Below the pieces are notes generated by a model, which worked only from the letters and a program-made list of their open reading frames with translations, made no database searches and was not told where the DNA came from. From Candidatus Woesearchaeota archaeon (GTDB lineage Archaea > Nanobdellota > Nanobdellia > Pacearchaeales > GW2011-AR1), in the NCBI GenBank assembly GCA_964428375.1, contig CAYRXX010000001.1:1-37169 (forward strand): DNA of 37,169 nt. The letters are read 5' to 3'. The translations under genes were made by a program, and so were the position numbers. Positions within the stretch are counted from its first letter, which is position 1. Every line of letters begins with the position of its first letter. Below are positions 26,552-33,589 of the stretch, piece after piece.

Positions 26552-26938
26552 ATGGTCGCAAGAGTTATTGATGCTACGGAGATGAGGGTTGGAACCTTTC
26601 TTTTAATCGACGGTCTTGCACATCAAGTTAAAAAAATGGATATTTCTAAGACTGGAAAACATGGTCATGCAAAAGTTAGGTTTGAAGCTATTAATGTTTT
26701 TAGCGGGAAAAAGAAGGTCATGGTTATCCCTGGTCATGATAAGTTTGAGGTTCCAATGATTGATAAAAGGAATGCTCAAGTTTTATCTGTTCATGAAAAT
26801 ATTGCAAGCATCATGGATAGTGAGACTTTTGAGAACTTGGATTTGAATATAGGTGAAGGAGTTGAGGGCGTCAGCGAGGGAGTTAATGTGGAGTATTGGG
26901 ACATTGAAGGCGATAAGCTACTGAAGAGAGTAATTTAA
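26552..26938 (+). CDS. eif5a: translation initiation factor aIF5A
   Basis: Hypusine loop SKTGKHGHAKV with N-terminal SH3-like and C-terminal OB halves. Confidence 0.93.
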   Translation: MVARVIDATEMRVGTFLLIDGLAHQVKKMDISKTGKHGHAKVRFEAINVFSGKKKVMVIPGHDKFEVPMIDKRNAQVLSVHENIASIMDSETFENLDLNIGEGVEGVSEGVNVEYWDIEGDKLLKRVI

Positions 26939-26958
26939 TTTTTGAGACGTGCGGAAAG

Positions 26959-26966
26959 TTTTTAAA
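26959..26966 (+). promoter_or_regulatory. BRE/TATA (ggaaag + tttttaaa), leaderless geometry
   Basis: Ends 22 nt before ATG 26988. Confidence 0.5.
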
Positions 26967-26987
26967 GCGATATTTTCATGATTAAGT

Positions 26988-27152
26988 ATGGCTACTAAAA
27001 TTCCAGCTGCACAAAATAGATTATATAAGAATGCGTTCGTTTGTAAGGACTGTAAACATAAGATGAAGGTCGAACCATTGAAGATTATTGCGGGTAAAGT
27101 TCGATGTCGTAAATGTAAAGGACGAGATTTCAGACCTGTTAGAAAGAAGTAA
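26988..27152 (+). CDS. rpl40e: ribosomal protein eL40
   Basis: 54-aa ORF below the track cutoff: MATKIPAAQNRLYKNAFVCKDCKHKMKVEPLKIIAGKVRCRKCKGRDFRPVRKK, with CxxC-x17-CxxC and a basic tail. Confidence 0.75.
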   Translation: MATKIPAAQNRLYKNAFVCKDCKHKMKVEPLKIIAGKVRCRKCKGRDFRPVRKK

Positions 27153-27161
27153 TTTTTTAAT

Positions 27162-27686
27162 ATGATATTTTGGAATAGGAAAAATTTGGAAAGAATTGCG
27201 TTGCTTCCTGACGGTATGCGACAGCGTGGAGAATATATTTTAAGAAATCCTCGGATGGGGAGGCGTCCTTTGGGGAAGACTGATTCTGGAGAAAAATTTT
27301 GGTCAAATTGTTGGGGGACGACGGTATTTTTAGAAGGAGAGAATTCATATCAAGAGTGCAAGAGAATTTCTATGAAGAATCCATTTATAATAAGGGGAAT
27401 ACCCTCGGTTTATTGGGAAAAGAGAAACCGTCCTGGGTTGGTAGAAATTGACGTGATGGAAGAATTTTTGGATAATAATTATAAGAAGGTGGATAATCCA
27501 AGAGCAGGTGATGTCGTTGTCGTTGTCGGAGACTATAGAAGAAACTGGTTGGCACATACTGGAATTTGGACGGGAGTTGGGAACTACGTTTTAGGGCAGC
27601 ATAATCTCGGAGGCAATTTTGGTTTGCAGGAATTTTTTGGACAGGGACGTAATCGTAGTTTTTATTTTGCCCGAAGAAGTAAATAG
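27162..27686 (+). CDS. NlpC/P60-superfamily (papain-fold) Cys-His hydrolase-like protein
   Basis: Candidate nucleophile in FWSNCWGTTVF, followed by AGDVVVVVGDYRRNWLAHTGIWTGVGNYVLGQHN. This mirrors the GDLVFF...HVGIYxGxGxxIHA layout of NlpC/P60 enzymes. No signal peptide. Confidence 0.5.
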   Translation: MIFWNRKNLERIALLPDGMRQRGEYILRNPRMGRRPLGKTDSGEKFWSNCWGTTVFLEGENSYQECKRISMKNPFIIRGIPSVYWEKRNRPGLVEIDVMEEFLDNNYKKVDNPRAGDVVVVVGDYRRNWLAHTGIWTGVGNYVLGQHNLGGNFGLQEFFGQGRNRSFYFARRSK

Positions 27687-27687
27687 T

Positions 27688-27695
27688 TTTTTAAA
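27688..27695 (+). promoter_or_regulatory. TATA box (tttttaaa), leaderless geometry
   Basis: Ends 22 nt before ATG 27717. The flanks resemble the rpl40e promoter (agtttttaaagcg versus agttttttaaagcc). Confidence 0.5.
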
Positions 27696-27716
27696 GCCGA
27701 TTTCTTTTGTGAGAAG

Positions 27717-29096
27717 ATGGTGAGTTTTATAATTTACGATTTGACGTTTTTTATCTTGTTTAGCTTGGGTATCTTTTTCTTTTTACGGAGCAGGAGAGAA
27801 GAGCTATCCAGGGAAGGATGGATGTTTATGTGGAGGACTAAGTTTGGTATCAAACTGATTACTAAATTCACTAAGAAATTTGGTGGTATCATGCGAAGGA
27901 TGCAATGGCTTATTGTTGCGATTGGGACTGTATTGATGGGGATTATGATTTGGATGCTCGGGAGGACTGTCGCAATTTACTTGTTCCATCCAGAAATTAC
28001 AAAAGTGATTAAGGTTCCTCCAATTGCTCCGCTTATTCCCTATTTTCCGAGGCTGTTTGGGATGCAGAGTCTTTTCCCTCCCTTTTATTTTACTTATTTT
28101 ATTATAGCCTTGGCTATTGTGGCTATTGCTCATGAATTTTCTCATGGTGTTTTTATGAAGCTATTCAAGGTTAAAATAAAATCTACTGGGCTTGTGTTCT
28201 TTGGTCCTATCTTGGGTGCGTTTGTAGAGGAGAAAAAGGAAAGTTTTCGTAAAAAGAAGACTCTTGAACAAATGACTATACTGGGGGCTGGTGTTTTCGC
28301 AAATATTTTAATGGCGCTTTTATTCTATGCTATTTATGTCGGATTCTTTTTTTCTAGTTTTGCGGCATCTGGGTATGTTTTTAATAGCTATGGCGTCGGA
28401 ATAGTTCCTGTACAAAATATTACTGGATTCCAGAAGGTCGGTAATTTTACTAAGGTTATAACTTCTAACGGTAATTATTATTTGGATGCAAACCTGCGTC
28501 GGCAAATTAATGATACAAATAGAAAATATTTAGTTGCCTATCCAGAAGCTCCCGCTGTTCTAGCTGGGATGAAGGGAGCAATTATCCAGGCCGATAATGT
28601 CAAAATTTTAGGGCAAGATAGTTTGCGGTGGTTTTTGGAAAATAAAAAACCAGGAGATGTTGTTAAGTTTATCACTGAAAGTAAAACTGGTGATGAGGAA
28701 TACGACATTATGCTTGGAAGGCGTCCTGATGATTCTGCAAAGGCGTATTTGGGGGTTGGGTACAAAGAGGCGGTTCCGAGAGGATTTGTCCAGAAATTTT
28801 TGGCTAAGTTTATGAGTTTCAAAGATCCCACGACTTATTATAAGCCGAGATGGGATGCTTCGTTAGTTTATTTCGCTTATTATTTGTTCTGGTGGATTAT
28901 GATAATTAATTTACTTGTGGCAATTTTTAATATGATACCTTTGGGAATCCTCGACGGTGGCAGATTCTTTTATCTCGCTATGTTTGGACTTTCTCATTCG
29001 AAAAAATTTGCAGAAAGGACATATAGAATGATGAGCTATTTGATTATATTTATGTTCGTGGCGATGATGGTTCTCTGGGTTATCGCTATTCTGTAA
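27717..29096 (+). CDS. site-2 protease (M50 family) with a PDZ-like insert
   Basis: HEFSHG (HExxH) within a TM helix, a PDZ-like segment (AGMKGAIIQADNVKILG...KPGDVVKFI) and NLLVAIFNMIPLGILDGG (NxxPxxxLDG). Confidence 0.88.
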   Translation: MVSFIIYDLTFFILFSLGIFFFLRSRREELSREGWMFMWRTKFGIKLITKFTKKFGGIMRRMQWLIVAIGTVLMGIMIWMLGRTVAIYLFHPEITKVIKVPPIAPLIPYFPRLFGMQSLFPPFYFTYFIIALAIVAIAHEFSHGVFMKLFKVKIKSTGLVFFGPILGAFVEEKKESFRKKKTLEQMTILGAGVFANILMALLFYAIYVGFFFSSFAASGYVFNSYGVGIVPVQNITGFQKVGNFTKVITSNGNYYLDANLRRQINDTNRKYLVAYPEAPAVLAGMKGAIIQADNVKILGQDSLRWFLENKKPGDVVKFITESKTGDEEYDIMLGRRPDDSAKAYLGVGYKEAVPRGFVQKFLAKFMSFKDPTTYYKPRWDASLVYFAYYLFWWIMIINLLVAIFNMIPLGILDGGRFFYLAMFGLSHSKKFAERTYRMMSYLIIFMFVAMMVLWVIAIL

Positions 29097-29115
29097 ATCT
29101 TAGATAATCAAAATA

Positions 29116-29123
29116 ATTATAAA
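29116..29123 (+). promoter_or_regulatory. TATA box (attataaa), leaderless geometry
   Basis: Ends 22 nt before ATG 29145. Confidence 0.45.
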
Positions 29124-29144
29124 GCACAAATATCATATTTAACT

Positions 29145-31031
29145 ATGAAAAAAAGGATAGTGTCTGCAATTTTGTTATCTATTATGTTTTTGTTATCATC
29201 GTTTTTTGTCGCTAGTGTTTCAGCGTCCTCTGGGAATCAGACGAACTCTACTGTTGTCTCTGGGGGTTCTTCTTCTGACAATGCCCAGTTAAATGAGTCA
29301 AAGATAGATAAGGGTTTTAGTTGCTTGGAAAAAAAAGTCGGGGATTGCTCTGGAATGACGACGAGGGAGATTGCCCTAACAATAATGGCAACACCAGATA
29401 ACGTTCTTGACAATTGTGTGGATGAATTAAAGAAAAAAGAAAAATCTAACCACTGGGGTGATGTTCGAGACACTGCCTTGGCAATAATTGCATTAAATCA
29501 CATGGGTAAAAATACAAGCGTAGCTGAGGGCTGGCTTTTAAGTCAGGAAAAAACTCCAACGAATTTAGTTTGGTATTTACAACAGGATTCTAATGGGGCG
29601 GTGAATTGCCATATTGGTTATGATACGAAGGACTATGCTATTCATGTTGATGAGGGGAAGAAAATTGATAGAGATGCAGGTTCTTGTTTGGCTAGAGCTC
29701 AATCAAATTTCTGGTTGCAGGTTGCTGATAGCTGTTATAATAAGAAATTTACGATAGATTGTGATAAAAATTTTATAGCTAATCTGGTTTATAAAAATAA
29801 AAATTCGCAAACGATTTATGTTCTTGGGGGAACGTCTTCTGCTCCTGCATTCGGTTCTGCCGAGTTGGAAATAAACTCGAAATGTTTTGGGGATAATGGA
29901 TGTAATTACGAAGCTACGGCGTGGGCAGCATTGGCATTGCTTAAAACAGGGCATAGCGTCGATAAGTTTGTTCCGTATATCATTGCAATGTCCGATACTA
30001 ATGAGAGATACCTCCCATCTTCTTTCATCTACATATTGACTAATTATGATGACTATGCAAATTCTTTAATTAAAGAACAACAGCTTGGTAATTATTGGGA
30101 GGCTACCTCGTCGGCGTATGGGAAATATTATGATACAAGCCTCGCTCTTTTGGCGTTATCGGATTCTAGTGCGGAACAGGTTAAGAAGGCTAAAGATTGG
30201 TTGTTATTTTCTCAGGGGTCTAATGGGTGCTGGAATTCTGTCGGAGAAACTGCGATGGCTTTATGGGCTCTCACAAATAGGGCTGGAAATCCTTCGGGTT
30301 CGTCGTCGGCTTCGAATCATTCGAGTATAACCTATTGCTCCGATGCTAATTATTTTTGTATTCCTTCTTCTGAATGTTCAGGTTCCGAAGACGTTGGAAA
30401 TAATTATTTTTGTCCGTCGCTGTCTGATACTTGCTGTACTAGTGAAAACCTTAAAACTTGTTCGGGTTATGGAGGGAAGGTTTGTGTATCCGATAAGGTG
30501 TGTGTTGGTAACTCTAAGAAGGCTTCGGACACGGATAATTGCTGTGTTGGAAGTTGCCAAGTCAAGGTTCAGCAAACGGAGTGTGAGGCTAATTCTGATA
30601 CTTGTATGGATTCTTGTTCTCAGTTCCAAGAACCTGCTTCTAATTATTCGTGTAGCCATGGGCAGGTTTGCTGTAAAGCGAAAACAGTAACTTCTTCTAG
30701 TAGCTCGTCTAATTGGTGGATGTGGGTTTTAATTGGTTTGATATTCGTAACTCTTGGTGCAATAGCCTATGTTTATAGGGAGCAATTGAAACTTTATTGG
30801 TTCCAGCTTAAGACTAGATTCAAAAAGGATAGTGGCAGTTCATCTTCGCAGATTAAGCCGGAATATCCTGGTGTCCCACCTCGTCCTGGGTTTCCTCCTG
30901 TAAGAAGAGGAATTGCTCCTCCACAACAATTACGTCCAGCAAGAGGGCGGACGTTTCCAAAAACATCTTACGATAGAAGAGATAAGGCTATGTCCGAAAC
31001 TTTCAAAAAGCTTCGAGACATGTCTAAATAA
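29145..31031 (+). CDS. type-I surface protein: terpene-cyclase/prenyltransferase-like alpha/alpha-toroid repeats, three Cys-rich modules, a TM helix and a Pro/Arg-rich cytoplasmic tail
   Basis: Signal peptide MKKRIVSAILLSIMFLLSSFFVASVSA. Repeats RDTALAIIALNHMG, YEATAWAALALLKTG, YDTSLALLALSDS and GETAMALWALTNRAG. QW motif KAKDWLLFSQGSNGCW. 18 Cys in aa 398-510. TM helix WWMWVLIGLIFVTLGAIAYVY. Confidence 0.7.
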   Translation: MKKRIVSAILLSIMFLLSSFFVASVSASSGNQTNSTVVSGGSSSDNAQLNESKIDKGFSCLEKKVGDCSGMTTREIALTIMATPDNVLDNCVDELKKKEKSNHWGDVRDTALAIIALNHMGKNTSVAEGWLLSQEKTPTNLVWYLQQDSNGAVNCHIGYDTKDYAIHVDEGKKIDRDAGSCLARAQSNFWLQVADSCYNKKFTIDCDKNFIANLVYKNKNSQTIYVLGGTSSAPAFGSAELEINSKCFGDNGCNYEATAWAALALLKTGHSVDKFVPYIIAMSDTNERYLPSSFIYILTNYDDYANSLIKEQQLGNYWEATSSAYGKYYDTSLALLALSDSSAEQVKKAKDWLLFSQGSNGCWNSVGETAMALWALTNRAGNPSGSSSASNHSSITYCSDANYFCIPSSECSGSEDVGNNYFCPSLSDTCCTSENLKTCSGYGGKVCVSDKVCVGNSKKASDTDNCCVGSCQVKVQQTECEANSDTCMDSCSQFQEPASNYSCSHGQVCCKAKTVTSSSSSSNWWMWVLIGLIFVTLGAIAYVYREQLKLYWFQLKTRFKKDSGSSSSQIKPEYPGVPPRPGFPPVRRGIAPPQQLRPARGRTFPKTSYDRRDKAMSETFKKLRDMSK

Positions 31032-31032
31032 G

Positions 31033-32367
31033 ATGGATTATAAAATATTATTTTTGCTTATCGTTCTGTTGCCTTCTATATCGGCCACGGCTGTTTTACA
31101 TATTCAAAATAATCAAACTCAGCCGGGAGAGACAATTCTTGCGACTATCACAACTCATGGAGAATTTGTTCAAAAAATAGCTAATTCCCAAATAAAGTTT
31201 TTTCAGGGGAGACGACAAATTTCTCTTGATTCGGATATTATGTTTTATAATGGGACTTATTATTTGTATATTTATACCAATACCGAAAAGAATTTTACTC
31301 TTAATGTGGAAAATGTCTTGGATGAGGATGCTGGGAAGATTGAGTCTACGACGTTGATTAGAAATATTAGTGTTTCTAGAAAAAATCTTATTAATGTAAC
31401 ATCTAATGTAACATATACGAAGATAGTTAAGATTACTCCAGGGTTCGTTTTTTCTTCGTCTCTTCCTGAGTTTAAGATAACCAATGTCGGGACATCTCCC
31501 TTAAATGTTACCTTTAATAATACTATAATTTCTCTTTCACCCTCGGAGAGTCATTTGGTTAAATTTCATCCAAATCAGACATTTTCCTTTGCGAAGTTTT
31601 CTACTTATAAAAATTTTTTAGTTCCTGTAGTTTATTTCATTTCGGAAGATAACACCTCTATAAATAAGTCTCGCTTAAATTTCTCGTCAGTAAAAAACTC
31701 GGATTTGCATGCTGTGCCAAAACTTCTTTTTGCTCAGGTTTTTGTAGGAGATAAGTCTAAACAGACAATTCAACTTTTTAATTTTGGAGATAAAAATTTA
31801 ACAGATTTAAGAACTTCTACTTCAATAAATTTCATTAAGATGTGGAGTCTCGATAATATGGTAGGACGCGGAGTTCAGAATTTTACTATGGGATTAAATC
31901 CTGTAATATCTAGACATTTCTCGGGGGAAATTAATGTGTCTTATAATGAAAATGGCTCGAGGGAAGTATTGAAAATTCCTGTGAGTATTTTTGTTTTACC
32001 TAAAGGGGCATCTAAGGATAATTTTACGGTCAGTGATAAAAATTGTTCAGAACTATCTGGGGAAATGTGTGAGGCTGGGATGATTTGTAACGGGACGACT
32101 ACATTTACTAAAGGTGGAGATTATTGCTGTCTCGCCTCGTGTGTTAATCTTGATACAAAGAAAGTGAAATCTGGTGGAGCTGGTTGGTTTATAGCAATTG
32201 TGATATTTGTGATACTTGGGAGTGTTGGCTATTATTTTTATTTGAAACAGAAGAAGGTGTCGTCGGCAACTCCCGCTGATTCTTTACATAAGATGACACA
32301 GAGATTTGAAAAACGGATGGCTGGTAAGGATTCTTTGAGAACTTCTGGCAAGTTAGATAAATCTTAA
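31033..32367 (+). CDS. type-I surface glycoprotein-like protein with one Cys-rich juxtamembrane module
   Basis: ATG 31033 lies 1 nt after the upstream stop. Signal peptide MDYKILFLLIVLLPSISA, a beta-rich ectodomain with about 19 N-x-S/T sequons, module CSELSGEMCEAGMICNGTTTFTKGGDYCCLASC, and TM helix WFIAIVIFVILGSVGYYFYL. Confidence 0.6.
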   Translation: MDYKILFLLIVLLPSISATAVLHIQNNQTQPGETILATITTHGEFVQKIANSQIKFFQGRRQISLDSDIMFYNGTYYLYIYTNTEKNFTLNVENVLDEDAGKIESTTLIRNISVSRKNLINVTSNVTYTKIVKITPGFVFSSSLPEFKITNVGTSPLNVTFNNTIISLSPSESHLVKFHPNQTFSFAKFSTYKNFLVPVVYFISEDNTSINKSRLNFSSVKNSDLHAVPKLLFAQVFVGDKSKQTIQLFNFGDKNLTDLRTSTSINFIKMWSLDNMVGRGVQNFTMGLNPVISRHFSGEINVSYNENGSREVLKIPVSIFVLPKGASKDNFTVSDKNCSELSGEMCEAGMICNGTTTFTKGGDYCCLASCVNLDTKKVKSGGAGWFIAIVIFVILGSVGYYFYLKQKKVSSATPADSLHKMTQRFEKRMAGKDSLRTSGKLDKS

Positions 32368-32888
32368 CCTTTCTTTTTTGTTTTCTTCTTTTTCTTTGTT
32401 TGTTTTGAAGATAATTCGACTATTTTAAGATCTCTAACGATGATTGCCTTTTGCATTAATTGTAGTTGCTCCTGTTGTTGTCTTAGTCTCTCTTCTGCAA
32501 CCTTAGCAATTTCATCATACCTGTGCATTCTCCCAGCGATATTATTCAATAGGTTTGTTACTTCTGCGGCTTCTAAAGAAACCTTCCCGGGCTCGATAAC
32601 TTCAACAGAGCTGGGCATAAAATCAAATACGGTATCGCTAAGTCTTGCAAAACTAGGCACTTCAAAATCGCATTCTGCAAAAGCAGTAAACATTTCTGGA
32701 GCTGGTTCCGATTCCTGGTTCTTGTTCTCTGAGGGTATTACTTTCGGTTCGCTAACTCTAATTTCATGAACTGATAAATCCCTGACATCTCTTAAAATAT
32801 TTACATGTTTCTCTAAACTTTCTGTTAAATGAGTAGCGGGTCGTCCCGCCATTTCAATAATCATTATTGCTCGTATCATGATTTTCAT
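32364..32888 (-). CDS. hypothetical protein: alpha/beta N-half, Q/E coiled coil, poly-Lys tail
   Basis: No family recognised. The C-terminus is ...QQQEQLQLMQKAIIVRDLKIVELSSKQTKKKKKTKKKG. The likely start is M4 (32879), 22 nt from the shared TATA. Confidence 0.5.
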   Translation of the reverse strand: MKIMIRAIMIIEMAGRPATHLTESLEKHVNILRDVRDLSVHEIRVSEPKVIPSENKNQESEPAPEMFTAFAECDFEVPSFARLSDTVFDFMPSSVEVIEPGKVSLEAAEVTNLLNNIAGRMHRYDEIAKVAEERLRQQQEQLQLMQKAIIVRDLKIVELSSKQTKKKKKTKKKG

Positions 32889-32900
32889 TATTAAGTTAGA

Positions 32901-32908
32901 TATTTAAA
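32901..32908. promoter_or_regulatory. single near-palindromic TATA box (tatttaaa / tttaaata) shared by divergent genes
   Basis: It ends 22 nt before ATG 32930 on the plus strand and 22 nt before ATG 32879 on the minus strand. Confidence 0.45.
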
Positions 32909-32929
32909 GATATGGATGTTTGTTGAGAT

Positions 32930-33589
32930 ATGATAGAGGCTGTTGTGTTTGATATGGATGGTGTTTTGATTGATAGTATGAAATATCATATAAAAAGTTG
33001 GAGGCGTGCCTTTGGTTCGCTCGGTGTCTTGTTGGATTACAACGAGATAGCATTGCTTGAGGGAATGCCAAGTAAACAAATCATCGAGGATATTCTAAAA
33101 AGATGTAACATTAAATTAAAGGATAGCGAGAAGAGTAGGGTATATTCTATAAAACGAAATAGTATGCCGAGCGTGCTTGCATATAAAAAATACTCTTGGG
33201 TTCTGCAATTTTTAAGATTCTTGAAATCTCGGGGAGTTATGTTGGGATTAGTCAGTGGCTCAAATAGTGATTTTGTCGATAAGATTGTGTTGACATTTTT
33301 TAAGGATATCTTTAATGTGGTTATTAGTGGAGATGATACTCGTAGAGGTAAGCCTAATCCAGACCCGTACTCGAAGGCGATGAGAGGATTGGGGGTTTCG
33401 CCTAAGAAAGTTATAGTAATTGAAAATGCTCCTCTTGGAATTAGGAGTGCAAAAAGAGCAGGGGCTAAAGTTTATGCATTATCTACTACGCTTAACAAGG
33501 ATTATTTGAGTGCTGCTGATGAGGTTTTCTCGTCTCATCGTGAGCTATTCGATTATATGAAAAGACACGAGCAATTGGTTATTGGTTAG
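32930..33589 (+). CDS. HAD-superfamily hydrolase (beta-phosphoglucomutase-like subfamily)
   Basis: Motif I VVFDMDGVLIDS, motif II LVSGSN, motif III RGKPNPDPY, motif IV region VIENAPLGIRSAKRAG. Confidence 0.85.
   Translation: MIEAVVFDMDGVLIDSMKYHIKSWRRAFGSLGVLLDYNEIALLEGMPSKQIIEDILKRCNIKLKDSEKSRVYSIKRNSMPSVLAYKKYSWVLQFLRFLKSRGVMLGLVSGSNSDFVDKIVLTFFKDIFNVVISGDDTRRGKPNPDPYSKAMRGLGVSPKKVIVIENAPLGIRSAKRAGAKVYALSTTLNKDYLSAADEVFSSHRELFDYMKRHEQLVIG

Noticed and set aside
30085-30690. Alternative-frame ORFs (81, 115 and 93 aa) inside the large surface-protein gene.
   Set aside because: They are fully nested in a 628-aa ORF with coherent signal peptide, repeat, Cys and TM architecture. The nested ORFs are Arg/Leu-rich frame artefacts.
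30913-31032. A TTG-initiated 40-codon extension of the second surface-protein ORF, overlapping the first.
   Set aside because: ATG 31033 is followed immediately by a canonical signal peptide, and the extension lies in the coding 3' end of the upstream gene.
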